From positions 1 through 25,404 of the forward strand of contig QIDN01000105.1 of the NCBI GenBank assembly GCA_003229345.1: a stretch of 25,404 nucleotides of DNA, in the 5' to 3' direction. The stretch is from Nitrospirota bacterium (GTDB lineage Bacteria > Nitrospinota > Nitrospinia > Nitrospinales > Nitrospinaceae). The position numbers were made by a program, and so were the translations under genes. Position 1 is the first letter of the stretch; every line of letters begins with the position of its first letter. The notes below the pieces were generated by a model. It had not been told where the DNA came from, did no database searches, and was given only the letters and a program-made list of their open reading frames with translations. Below, in pieces: positions 1-8,962 of the stretch.

Positions 1-2
1 TC

Positions 3-1781
3 CCCGGTTATCATAATGAAACCGTCAACAACCTCCGTCTCTGGGGAGCCCGCTCAACACGGGAGTTCGATTTAGGCGTCTTCAATGCAGGGGATTATGT
101 TCAAGCGGTCAACCGGAAACAGGAATCGGAAACCATTTCCAAGGTGCTGTATCCCAATGATCAAAACATGTGGGGCAAGGAACTGCGTTTGAAACAGGAG
201 TATTTTTTCGTCTCCGCGTCCCTGCAGGATATCATTCGCCGGTACAAACGCACTCATGCAACCTATGAAAAATTCAGCCGTAAAATAGCGATCCAATTGA
301 ACGATGCCCACCCGGCGCTCGCCATACCGGAGTTGATGCGCATCCTGGTGGATGAAGAATGCCGACCCTGGGAAGAAGCCTGGGAGATCGTAGTGGAAAC
401 TTTCGGCTATACCAACCATACCGTCCTTCCAGAAGCCCTGGAAAAATGGACCGCGGAATTAATGGGGCATGTCCTTCCCCGTCACCTGGAAATCATTTAT
501 GAGATCAACCGCCAATTCCTGGAGCAAGCCCGAAAAAAATACCCCAATGACGAGAAACGTATCGAACGGCTGTCTCTGGTAGAGGAAACGCCCGTTAAGT
601 CTATCCGCATGTCCAACCTCGCCATCGTCGGAAGCCATGCCGTTAACGGAGTCGCCCAACTCCATTCAGAGATTCTAAAAACCAAGGTATTCAAGGATTA
701 CAACGATCTGTTTCCCGATCGGTTCCACAATATCACCAATGGCATCACACAACGGCTCTGGTTGAAGTCCTGCAACCCGGAACTGGCCGAACTCATCACG
801 GAAACGGTGGGTGAGGAATGGACCACACATCTGGATATCCTCCGGCAACTGCTTCCTTATGTAAAAGATGATGATTTCCGCCAACGCTGGCGAGAAGTGA
901 AACAAAACAACAAAGCGCGCCTGGCACGACATGTCCAGCAGGAACTTTCCATTGAGCTGAATCCGGAATCTCTGTTCGACGTCCAGGTCAAGCGCATCCA
1001 CGAATACAAACGCCAGTTATTGTGTGCGTTGCATGTGGTGGCCCTTTACAATCGCCTGAAGGAGCGCCCTTGCGCGGAGTGCGTTCCCCGGACTCTCATC
1101 TTTGCCGGCAAAGCGGCACCGGGTTACGAGATGGCCAAGCTTGTGATCAAGCTGATCACCAGTATTGCAGATAAGGTCAATGGCGATCCCGATACCTCGG
1201 ACAAACTCAAAGTGGTCTTCGTTCCTAACTACAGTGTCACCAAGGCCGAGTGGATCATCCCCGGCGCAGACCTGTCAGAGCAGGTATCGACTGCCGGCCA
1301 CGAAGCTTCGGGAACAGGCAACATGAAGTTGGCATTGAACGGTGCCTTGACCATCGGGACGCTGGACGGAGCCAATATCGAAATCAGGGACCGGGTCGGT
1401 GAGGATAATATTTTTATTTTCGGGTTGACGGCGGAGGAAGTCGAGCAAACCAGGAAGGCAGGATATCGTCCTAGAGATTATTACGAATCAAACCCTGAAC
1501 TCCGGCAGGCGCTTGATATGATCCGGGACGGATACTTTGCCCCCAATCATCCCCAGATTTTTTTACCTCTGGTTGACTCTCTTCTGAATCATGGCGATCA
1601 TTATCGGGTGTTGGCCGATTTTGGCGCCTACGCAGAAACTCAGAAAAAAGTGGAGCAGTTGTATCTTGATACCGAAACCTGGACACGCAAATCCATTATC
1701 AATTCCGCTAATATGGGGTTCTTTTCGAGCGATCGATCCATCCGCGAATATTGCCGCCTGATCTGGGGTATCGAACCTTAA
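3..1781 (+). CDS. glgP: Glycogen/starch phosphorylase (GT35), 5'-truncated by the window edge
   Basis: The frame of ORF 144..1781 is open back to base 3 (PGYHNETVNNLRLWGAR...ISKVLYPND). Family motifs seen: KELRLKQEYF, IQLNDAHP, YTNHTVLPEALE, QVKRIHEYKRQ, the PLP-lysine motif EASGTGNMK and GTLDGAN. Stop TAA at 1779-1781. Confidence 0.97.
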   Translation, partial: PGYHNETVNNLRLWGARSTREFDLGVFNAGDYVQAVNRKQESETISKVLYPNDQNMWGKELRLKQEYFFVSASLQDIIRRYKRTHATYEKFSRKIAIQLNDAHPALAIPELMRILVDEECRPWEEAWEIVVETFGYTNHTVLPEALEKWTAELMGHVLPRHLEIIYEINRQFLEQARKKYPNDEKRIERLSLVEETPVKSIRMSNLAIVGSHAVNGVAQLHSEILKTKVFKDYNDLFPDRFHNITNGITQRLWLKSCNPELAELITETVGEEWTTHLDILRQLLPYVKDDDFRQRWREVKQNNKARLARHVQQELSIELNPESLFDVQVKRIHEYKRQLLCALHVVALYNRLKERPCAECVPRTLIFAGKAAPGYEMAKLVIKLITSIADKVNGDPDTSDKLKVVFVPNYSVTKAEWIIPGADLSEQVSTAGHEASGTGNMKLALNGALTIGTLDGANIEIRDRVGEDNIFIFGLTAEEVEQTRKAGYRPRDYYESNPELRQALDMIRDGYFAPNHPQIFLPLVDSLLNHGDHYRVLADFGAYAETQKKVEQLYLDTETWTRKSIINSANMGFFSSDRSIREYCRLIWGIEP

Positions 1782-1814
1782 CTCAAACATCGACCATTAT
1801 CCTGTTTAAGCGCC

Positions 1815-2486
1815 ATGCTGGTGTTTAAAAAAAATATTTATCTGAACCCTTTCCGACCGAAATATTCTTCCGGCATTAAAGAATTTCGGGATGAAGAAGA
1901 TCCAAGCCCCCTCCCCTTCAGCTTCATTTACAAAGCACTGTCCAACGCCCAAAACCTGTTTCAGGAAGTCAAAGACACGGGGGACCATGAAATATCCGAA
2001 CGACTGGATATTCTGTTTCCTCACGCTTCCCGTTTTGGAAGAACCAAAATTTTGAGCGATCTGTCACACCGGTTGTTCACCGGCCTGACGCATAGTCAAA
2101 CCTGGTTTACGATAAATTGCTATCACCAGTGCTTTCTATACGATTGCCTGCTGGATGTCGTCGAAGATTACAGTTACAACGATGAAGTGGAGCGCCGGGA
2201 ATTGTTTCCTGAAATGGAAGGACAGGCATTGGATTTCAATCGATTCCTCCTTGAATATTTTTTTAATACCACCTTTCTCATCGCTCCGGAACGATTCAAC
2301 CCAATGAGCCCAGAGGAAAGAAAGCAGTTACTAAGATCGCCGGATTTTGGACAGGACTTCCCTCAACTGAAGCGGTTTTCCGATCCGGAGGATCCGACAC
2401 TGGCCCAGGTGATCAACCACATCCCACCTGAACCGGAGGAAATGGCGCTGAAAGCGTTGGAGCAAAATCCCTATAGCCCTTGGTGA
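1815..2486 (+). CDS. Hypothetical protein A (223 aa), apparent paralogue of 17270..18124
   Basis: Longest ORF filling the glgP-nnr gap, with ATG start. It shares the N-terminus (MLVFKKNI vs MLAFAKDI) and internal motifs with the ORF at 17270, which supports both as real genes. Confidence 0.85.
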   Translation: MLVFKKNIYLNPFRPKYSSGIKEFRDEEDPSPLPFSFIYKALSNAQNLFQEVKDTGDHEISERLDILFPHASRFGRTKILSDLSHRLFTGLTHSQTWFTINCYHQCFLYDCLLDVVEDYSYNDEVERRELFPEMEGQALDFNRFLLEYFFNTTFLIAPERFNPMSPEERKQLLRSPDFGQDFPQLKRFSDPEDPTLAQVINHIPPEPEEMALKALEQNPYSPW

Positions 2487-2525
2487 AGCATTAGCTAATT
2501 GGCATCCCCTCCCTGCAAGTATATT

Positions 2526-2534
2526 TGTTAGAAT
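2526..2534 (+). promoter_or_regulatory. Putative extended -10 sigma70 promoter for the nnr cluster
   Basis: TG-T-TAGAAT about 80 nt upstream of the nnr start. No good -35 element seen. Confidence 0.4.
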
Positions 2535-2612
2535 GAAACCGGACAAGACGGAGCTGAAACCCCTCTGTCCTCTTTGATGAATCCACGTTAGTTTTCAGCG
2601 ATTGAGGTTCCT

Positions 2613-4163
2613 TTGCAAAAAGTTGTCACCGCAAGTGAAATGCAGGCGATTGACCGCTCCGCGATCGAAGAATTTGGCATTCCCGGTATGGTGCTGATGG
2701 AAAACGCGGGGCTGGCGGCGGCCTCCCTGATTCATGAGAACGTTCCCGATCTGCTGGAGAAAAAAGTCGTTATTGTATGCGGTAAAGGCAACAACGGCGG
2801 GGACGGATTTGTAATCGCCCGCCATTTGTTTATTGACGGCGTGCAGGTGGATATCCTTTTGTTGGGCAAAAGACAGCAATTGAAATCCGACGCCAGAGTC
2901 AATGCCGACATCGCGTTCAAAATGGGAGTTCCCATTCATGAGATCACCGATAAAAATCTTAATGCGCAAAATCACCTCCTCCGTCACTGTCACATCATTG
3001 TCGATGCTCTGTTCGGCACCGGCTTGTCCAAACCGGCCGGAGGACTTTACGAAAAGGTCATTAAAAAAATAAATGCTTCCAATAAATACGTGGTCGCGGT
3101 CGATATCCCTTCCGGAGTGGATTCCGACTCGGGTCTTTTCATCGGTCCGCACATCAAGGCCAACGTGACTGCCGCATTGGCATTGTTAAAACGCAGTCAC
3201 CTCTTGTTCCCTGCCGCAGAAAGTATGGGTGAAGTCCAGATACTCGACATCAGCATTCCCCATGAGGCCGTTGAGAAGCAGGATATCCCGGTGGCCTGGC
3301 TGGAATTCGAGGACATACAATCGTTGATACCCAAAAGGCCCACCAATACTCATAAAGGAGAATACGGACACACTCTGGTGCTCGCGGGTTCCAGAGGCAA
3401 GGGAGGCGCTGCCGGATTGACGGGTTTGGCCGCCTTACGAGCCGGGGCGGGACTGGTCACCCTGGCGGTCCCTGAATCCTGCCACCAAGCTCTCGAATTC
3501 AATCCCCTGGAAACCATGACCGTGGCTTTGCCAGAAACCAAAAGCGGATGTGTCTCCACCAAAGCTGTAGATGTCATCATGGAAACCCTGAAAGGGAAAA
3601 ATGCACTGGCTATCGGCCCGGGGCTGTCCACTGACAAAGAAACTGTTCGGTTGCTGGAAACCCTCCTGCCGCAGGTAGAATGTCCGCTGATCATCGATGC
3701 CGATGGGATTAACGCCCTCGGTAAAAGTGGCAAACTGATCGATCAAATCCGGGCTGAAACGGTGTTAACCCCACATCCCAAGGAAATGTCCCGTCTTTCT
3801 GGATGGAGCGTACAGGATATCCTGAACCAGAGGATTGAACGGGCGGGTGAGTACGCACAGGAGCATAATATCACCCTTCTCCTCAAGGGAGCCCGCACTG
3901 TGGTGGCATTTGCCGATGGTACGGTACTGATCAATCCTACCGGTAATCCTGGAATGGCGACCGCTGGTTCTGGAGACGTACTGACAGGCTTGATCGCAGG
4001 CATGATCTCACAGGGATTGAGTGTCCCTTCTGCCACCTCGGCGGGAGCTTTCATTCATGGGATGGCCGGTGATATTTACGCGGAAGCTAATCATCTAATC
4101 CCGCTCATCGCCAGCGATCTTCTGGATAAAGTCCCGGAAGCCATTAAAAGGATTCTCACTTGA
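2613..4163 (+). CDS. nnr: Bifunctional NAD(P)H-hydrate epimerase/dehydratase (NnrE-NnrD fusion, YjeF)
   Basis: N-domain has LMENAG, CGKGNNGGDG, DALFGTG and DIPSG. C-domain has HKGEYG, AIGPGL, DADG, TPHPKEM and GNPGMATAGSGDVLTG. TTG start with GAGG upstream. It precedes tsaE, as in the known yjeF-yjeE pair. Confidence 0.95.
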   Translation: MQKVVTASEMQAIDRSAIEEFGIPGMVLMENAGLAAASLIHENVPDLLEKKVVIVCGKGNNGGDGFVIARHLFIDGVQVDILLLGKRQQLKSDARVNADIAFKMGVPIHEITDKNLNAQNHLLRHCHIIVDALFGTGLSKPAGGLYEKVIKKINASNKYVVAVDIPSGVDSDSGLFIGPHIKANVTAALALLKRSHLLFPAAESMGEVQILDISIPHEAVEKQDIPVAWLEFEDIQSLIPKRPTNTHKGEYGHTLVLAGSRGKGGAAGLTGLAALRAGAGLVTLAVPESCHQALEFNPLETMTVALPETKSGCVSTKAVDVIMETLKGKNALAIGPGLSTDKETVRLLETLLPQVECPLIIDADGINALGKSGKLIDQIRAETVLTPHPKEMSRLSGWSVQDILNQRIERAGEYAQEHNITLLLKGARTVVAFADGTVLINPTGNPGMATAGSGDVLTGLIAGMISQGLSVPSATSAGAFIHGMAGDIYAEANHLIPLIASDLLDKVPEAIKRILT

Positions 4164-4648
4164 ATATACGATTTGAAACCCGCTCTGCCAGTGACACACT
4201 GATTCTGGGAGAAAAGATAGGGCGGCATCTGGAAGCTGGGGATATTGTTTTTCTGTTCGGAGACCTGGGTGCCGGTAAAACTACCCTTACTCAAGGAATC
4301 GCACGGGGACTGGGGGTCGCCAAAAAGGAATATGTCCGAAGCCCGACCTTCACCCTGGTAAACCAGTACAAGGGCAAGGTCCCCGTATTTCATATCGATC
4401 TGTACCGGATTGCTTCATCCCATGAATTGGAGGAACTGGGTCTGGAGGAAGTTTTTTCAAGCAAGGGGGTTTCTATCGTGGAATGGGCGGAGAAATTATT
4501 TGCCCGCGATGACGCCTCCATTCCCCTGCTGGGAATCGAACGGTGGATAGAAATCCATATTACAATCGAACAGGAGGAGTCCAGAAAATTGGACTTAAAA
4601 ACCCGCAATATAGGATCCACTGAGCACCCCATTTTCGCTTTACATTAA
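4160..4648 (+). CDS. tsaE: tRNA threonylcarbamoyladenosine biosynthesis ATPase TsaE
   Basis: Walker A GDLGAGKT, SPTFTLVNQY, HIDLYR and IVEWAE. TTG start overlaps the nnr stop by 4 nt. Confidence 0.95.
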   Translation: MNIRFETRSASDTLILGEKIGRHLEAGDIVFLFGDLGAGKTTLTQGIARGLGVAKKEYVRSPTFTLVNQYKGKVPVFHIDLYRIASSHELEELGLEEVFSSKGVSIVEWAEKLFARDDASIPLLGIERWIEIHITIEQEESRKLDLKTRNIGSTEHPIFALH

Positions 4649-4710
4649 ATGTGTATTATGGCAAAATCCAGATTGGTACATCCTTTGCATGTCCTCAGAA
4701 AGCTTCCCCC

Positions 4711-5151
4711 ATGCAAAAAAATAATATCAGAAAAATTCTATTGGGCTTGATTCTGCTCCTAATGACTGTCTCCGCATATAGTTTGATCAAGTCATTGAAT
4801 AAAGGTTCCTTACCCATAGAGACCTTGAAAACGATGAGCAAGAATGTCGATATCGAGATCAAAAACTTTAAAGTAACACATGAGACATTAGGCGAAAAAG
4901 TTTGGGAAATTAAGGCGAAAGAAGCAAAAGTAAAGAATAAGGAGAATAAAATTATCCTGACAGATGTGAATGTGACCTTAAGTGCTGCAGAAAACCGGAA
5001 ATCAACCATTTCCGCCGATACTGGCACCATAAACCGAGAAACCAAAGACATCCAATTGGAGGGAAATGTCAAATTCAAGGCGGATGCCAACAACTTTTTC
5101 GGTCAATTTCAAAAGCAGAATGAAGAGTCAAAAGAACCCGATAGCAAATAA
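4711..5151 (+). CDS. lptC: LPS export protein LptC-like (short, 146 aa)
   Basis: One N-terminal TM helix, then beta-jellyroll-like segments (VWEIKAKEA, ISADTG, IQLEGNV), directly upstream of lptA-lptB. ATG 4711 preferred over GTG 4651. Confidence 0.75.
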   Translation: MQKNNIRKILLGLILLLMTVSAYSLIKSLNKGSLPIETLKTMSKNVDIEIKNFKVTHETLGEKVWEIKAKEAKVKNKENKIILTDVNVTLSAAENRKSTISADTGTINRETKDIQLEGNVKFKADANNFFGQFQKQNEESKEPDSK

Positions 5152-5163
5152 AGGATACGGCCC

Positions 5164-5730
5164 TTGCAAACCCTCAAACCCCTAATCATATTCTTAGTCA
5201 GTCTTTCCCTCTTGGGAATGAACCCGGGAAACACCTTTTCCGCAAAATCCAAGGAAGCCTTGAAAAGGGAGCAGGAAAAGCAACCCATAGAAATCCAATC
5301 CGATAAATTGCGGTCGGAAAATGAAGGCAAAAAATTTATTTTTTCTGGGAATGTATTAAGCACCTGGGGCGATTTGGAAATAAAGTCCGATATCCTTGAG
5401 GTGTATACCAGCCCGGACAGCAAGGGAAGCCGGGGGGGAACCACCGAAGATGTCAGCCAACCGGGTCAGAACCTGGACACAATTATTGCCATCGGCAATG
5501 TGTATATTAAGAAGGGAAACCGGCGAGCCAGGGGGGACCGCGCCCATTATGATAATAAAAAACAGATCATTATTGTCACGGGGGAACCCAATGCTACTGC
5601 TTGGGAAGGAAAAAATATCATCAGAGGCAAGAAAATGACATTTGTACTGACGGAAGATTTGTTCAAGGTAGAGGGCCGGGTCAAGCTGGTACTTAATCCC
5701 AAAAAGCCGCCGTCAGAAAAGAAAAGATAA
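5164..5730 (+). CDS. lptA: LPS transport periplasmic protein LptA (OstA-like)
   Basis: Signal peptide, then PIEIQSDKL, FSGNV, IAIGNVYI, ARGDRAHYD and IRGKKMTF. Located between lptC and lptB. Confidence 0.88.
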   Translation: MQTLKPLIIFLVSLSLLGMNPGNTFSAKSKEALKREQEKQPIEIQSDKLRSENEGKKFIFSGNVLSTWGDLEIKSDILEVYTSPDSKGSRGGTTEDVSQPGQNLDTIIAIGNVYIKKGNRRARGDRAHYDNKKQIIIVTGEPNATAWEGKNIIRGKKMTFVLTEDLFKVEGRVKLVLNPKKPPSEKKR

Positions 5731-5778
5731 TTGAACCTTTATACGGCACAATCCAAGGCCATCTCCCTATAAAAAACT

Positions 5779-6501
5779 GTGCAACGTCTCAAAACGAATA
5801 AGCTGGTCAAAGCCTATAAAAACAGGCGGGTGGTCAATCAGGTCAGCATCGAGGTAGGGCAGGGTGAAATTGTCGGTCTGCTTGGACCTAACGGTGCTGG
5901 GAAAACTACCACTTTTTATATGGTTGTGGGCCTCATCCGGCCTGATTTGGGCCAAGTTTTGCTAGACCAGGAAGATGTGACCACTTATCCTATGTATATG
6001 AGGGCGCAGAGAGGAATCAGTTACCTCCCCCAGGAGCCGTCCATTTTCCGAAAATTAACGGTTGAAGAAAACATTCTGGCAGTACTGGAACCTCAGAAAA
6101 TCTCCTATAAGGCAAAGATCAAACGGGTCCGCTCCTTACTGGATGAATTCAATATTGGGCATATTCGAAATGCCAAGGGGTTTTCCCTTTCCGGGGGCGA
6201 GAGACGGAGAGTCGAAATCAGCAGAGCTTTAGCGACCTCGCCTTCTTTTATATTACTGGATGAACCTTTTGCCGGGATTGACCCGATAGCCGTATCAGAC
6301 ATCCAATCCATTGTGCAAAGGTTGAAAACCAAAGGCATCGGCGTTTTGATCACGGACCATAATGTCCGGGAGACTTTGAGCATCACGGACCGCGCCTATA
6401 TTATCAGCGAGGGCAAGATCATCGCCGCCGGCGATCCTGACACCATCGCCAATGATCCCAAAGTGAGACGAACTTATTTAGGGGAAGCATTCACCCTTTA
6501 A
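5779..6501 (+). CDS. lptB: LPS export ABC transporter ATPase LptB
   Basis: [43 protein letters not shown] and [11 protein letters not shown]; 240 aa. Confidence 0.97.
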   Translation: MQRLKTNKLVKAYKNRRVVNQVSIEVGQGEIVGLLGPNGAGKTTTFYMVVGLIRPDLGQVLLDQEDVTTYPMYMRAQRGISYLPQEPSIFRKLTVEENILAVLEPQKISYKAKIKRVRSLLDEFNIGHIRNAKGFSLSGGERRRVEISRALATSPSFILLDEPFAGIDPIAVSDIQSIVQRLKTKGIGVLITDHNVRETLSITDRAYIISEGKIIAAGDPDTIANDPKVRRTYLGEAFTL

Positions 6502-6529
6502 ACCCTTAGTTTGAGTTGAGAGATTGCCC

Positions 6530-7978
6530 ATGGCAATGGAGATGAAGTTAAATTTCAAGCAGGAGATGCGGCTGGTACCGACTCCCATGCTGCAGCAGGC
6601 GATCAAGCTTCTCCAGCTCTCACGCCTCGAGTTGGTCCAGGCGGTGCACCAGGAAATGATCGAAAATCCTATCCTGGAGGAAATCCTCGAAGAAGAAGAG
6701 GAGGAGCTGGACCAAAAGCAAGAAAATCCTGAAGACCCTTCCCTCGACTCCATTGGCCAGACCCAAGAAGAACCTCCTTCCGAAAAAGAAAGCGATCCGC
6801 TCGAATATGAGCAGGATTGGGATAATTACATCCAGGACAACCTGTCACAGGGAAGTTCCGCAGACAATTATACTGAAAGACCTTCCATAGAAGCGACCTA
6901 TAAAAAAGAAGCCACCCTTGCTGACCATCTAATGTGGCAATTGAATCTTTCAGTGAATGAAGATTTGGATAAATTCATCGGGTCCATTATTATCGGCAAT
7001 ATCCAAAATGACGGATATTGCATCGCCGAACTGGGAGAAATTGCGGAAATCAGTCAGGCCTCTGAAGAGGATGTTTTAAGGGTTCTTAAAATTATCCAGA
7101 CCTTTGAGCCGAACGGAGTAGGCGCTTGCACCCTAAAAGAATGCCTTTTGACTCAGGCAAAAGTATTGCCAGAACGTCTGCCTCTGGTGGAAAATCTGAT
7201 CGAAAATTACCTTGAACGCTTGCACGAAAGGTACTATCAGAAAATCGCCTCCGAACTCAAGACTACGGTAGACGAAATCATCGCCGCGGTTAGCACCATC
7301 AAAACCTTCGATCCTAAACCGGGACTTCAATTCAGTTCCGAGGGCATCGACTACGTCATCCCCGACTTGGTAGTGGTGAAGACGGACGCAGGATATGACG
7401 TTGTGTTAAACGACGATGGTCTTCCCAATGTCAAGATCAGCCCTTATTACCATCACCTTTTGAAAAATACGTCCGAACCCAAAACCAAGGAATACCTTAA
7501 AAAGAAGCACCAGGCGGCTGAATTTTTAATTAAAAGTATCGACAAAAGACGGGAAACGATTTACAAGGTTGGGAAAAGTATTGTCAAACTGCAGGTAGAG
7601 TTCCTGGATCATGGCCTGTCTCACCTCAAACCCATGGTCCTGAAGGATGTGGCACGGGATATCGAAATGCACGAATCCACCGTAAGCCGGATCACCACCA
7701 ATAAATATATTGATACCCCTCAAGGCATATTTGAACTCAAATTCTTTTTCCATAGCGGTATCAAGTCATTTATCGGAAACAACGACATGTCCTCCGTCCG
7801 GGTCAAAAACATGATCCAGGAAATCATTAAATCGGAGGACCCTATGAAACCTCTGACTGACGACGAGATGGTGGAAGCTTTAGTAAAACGAAACGCCAAA
7901 ATCGCCCGGCGAACAGTGACCAAATACCGCAAAGAACTGAATATTCTTCCTGCCAGTAAACGGAAAAAAATTTACTGA
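6530..7978 (+). CDS. rpoN: RNA polymerase sigma-54 factor
   Basis: Region I LQQAIKLLQLSRLEL and NPILE, HTH MHESTVSR, RpoN box ARRTVTKYR. The start could be ATG 6524, 6530 or 6536. Confidence 0.97.
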   Translation: MAMEMKLNFKQEMRLVPTPMLQQAIKLLQLSRLELVQAVHQEMIENPILEEILEEEEEELDQKQENPEDPSLDSIGQTQEEPPSEKESDPLEYEQDWDNYIQDNLSQGSSADNYTERPSIEATYKKEATLADHLMWQLNLSVNEDLDKFIGSIIIGNIQNDGYCIAELGEIAEISQASEEDVLRVLKIIQTFEPNGVGACTLKECLLTQAKVLPERLPLVENLIENYLERLHERYYQKIASELKTTVDEIIAAVSTIKTFDPKPGLQFSSEGIDYVIPDLVVVKTDAGYDVVLNDDGLPNVKISPYYHHLLKNTSEPKTKEYLKKKHQAAEFLIKSIDKRRETIYKVGKSIVKLQVEFLDHGLSHLKPMVLKDVARDIEMHESTVSRITTNKYIDTPQGIFELKFFFHSGIKSFIGNNDMSSVRVKNMIQEIIKSEDPMKPLTDDEMVEALVKRNAKIARRTVTKYRKELNILPASKRKKIY

Positions 7979-7995
7979 TCCCTTGCTTTACTCCC

Positions 7996-8024
7996 TTGAA
8001 ATTTTTAATGGACCAAGCTACTCT
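7996..8024 (+). promoter_or_regulatory. Putative internal sigma70 promoter for hpf-ptsN-ptsI
   Basis: TTGAAA-17 nt-TACTCT in the rpoN-hpf gap. An AGGAG ribosome-binding site lies at 8051-8055. Confidence 0.45.
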
Positions 8025-8064
8025 TAGCCCCCGATCAACCTGTTTTTTTTAGGAGAAAGTACTT

Positions 8065-8394
8065 ATGAAATTGACGGTCGCAGGAATAAAAATAAAGATA
8101 ACGCAAGCGATCGAGGATCACTTACACAAAAAAATTGGGAAGTCCCTTAAAGACCTGCCGGACCTCGCGGATGTTCATGTCGCCCTAAGGGTTGAAAATT
8201 ACCGACATTTTGCGGAGGTCACCATTAAAACCAAAGGATTTACGGTGCATGGGGAATCCGAAACCAGCGATCTGTATACCTCCATGGATGAAGCCGTGGA
8301 GAAGGCGGAAAGGCAGATTAAAAAACATAAGGACCGTTCTAAAACGCTCAAAATCAGACAAAATGCCGCAGAAAAAGACAAGCAAATCGATTGA
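8065..8394 (+). CDS. hpf: Ribosome hibernation promoting factor, short form (HPF/RaiA family)
   Basis: ITQAIEDH, AEVTI and DLYTSMDEAVEKAERQIKKHK. Strong AGGAG RBS and the canonical position after rpoN. Confidence 0.92.
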   Translation: MKLTVAGIKIKITQAIEDHLHKKIGKSLKDLPDLADVHVALRVENYRHFAEVTIKTKGFTVHGESETSDLYTSMDEAVEKAERQIKKHKDRSKTLKIRQNAAEKDKQID

Positions 8395-8451
8395 TCTATT
8401 AAATAACTGCCTTTCCCTTTCAACATATAAATGAACCGGCCAAATTCTTCC

Positions 8452-8916
8452 ATGAAGATCAGCGATATACTTAAAGAAGACTACATCATCGCGGATTTGG
8501 AGGCCGGTGACAAAGAGGGAACTTTAAACGAGGTTTCGCTTTTTTTGGAACATAAGGGAGCCATTCAGGACCACGGTAAATTGCTTCAGGCGCTTTTGGA
8601 CCGGGAAAAATTGGGGAGCACGGGAATCGGCGACAACATGGCCATTCCTCACGCCAAGCACGAGGGCATTGAGCACATTATCACGGTGTTCGCCCGGTCC
8701 CGGAAAGGCATCGATTTTCAATCCCTGGACCGAAAACCAGTCCATTTTGTTTTCCTGCTCCTGGCTCCTCCTGCATCGACCGGGCTGCACCTGAAAGCTT
8801 TGGCCAAAATCGCCCGGCTGTTTAAAAACCCGTCCTTGCGTGAAAATATTTTAAAGGCGGAGGATGCCGATACAATTAACTCTTTAATTTTGGAAGAAGA
8901 TTCCAAAATCAGCTAG
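8452..8916 (+). CDS. ptsN: PTS IIA component, nitrogen-regulatory/fructose-mannitol family (EIIA-Ntr)
   Basis: LLDREKLGSTGIGDNMAIPHAK (phospho-His motif), DFQSLDRKPVHFVFLLLAP and HLKALAKIAR. ATG 8452 preferred; ATG 8431 is the alternative. Confidence 0.93.
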   Translation: MKISDILKEDYIIADLEAGDKEGTLNEVSLFLEHKGAIQDHGKLLQALLDREKLGSTGIGDNMAIPHAKHEGIEHIITVFARSRKGIDFQSLDRKPVHFVFLLLAPPASTGLHLKALAKIARLFKNPSLRENILKAEDADTINSLILEEDSKIS

Positions 8917-8919
8917 ACC

Positions 8920-8934
8920 CGCCGGGCACCGGCG
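8920..8934 (+). terminator. GC-rich hairpin between ptsN and ptsI (possible weak terminator or processing stem)
   Basis: Perfect 6-bp stem CGCCGG-GCA-CCGGCG just after the ptsN stop. The following tract is AT-rich but not a clean U-run. Confidence 0.3.
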
Positions 8935-8962
8935 AATTATTCACTTTTCCTGAGAGAGTTTC

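Noticed and set aside
6680-6710. Poly-Glu run in RpoN
   Set aside because: The acidic region II is a normal variable feature of sigma-54.
8192-8434. Alternative-frame ORF in hpf starting MKITDIL, similar to the PtsN start MKISDIL
   Set aside because: It is out of frame with ptsN, the DNA similarity is low and it lies wholly over a well-supported gene. Most likely chance.
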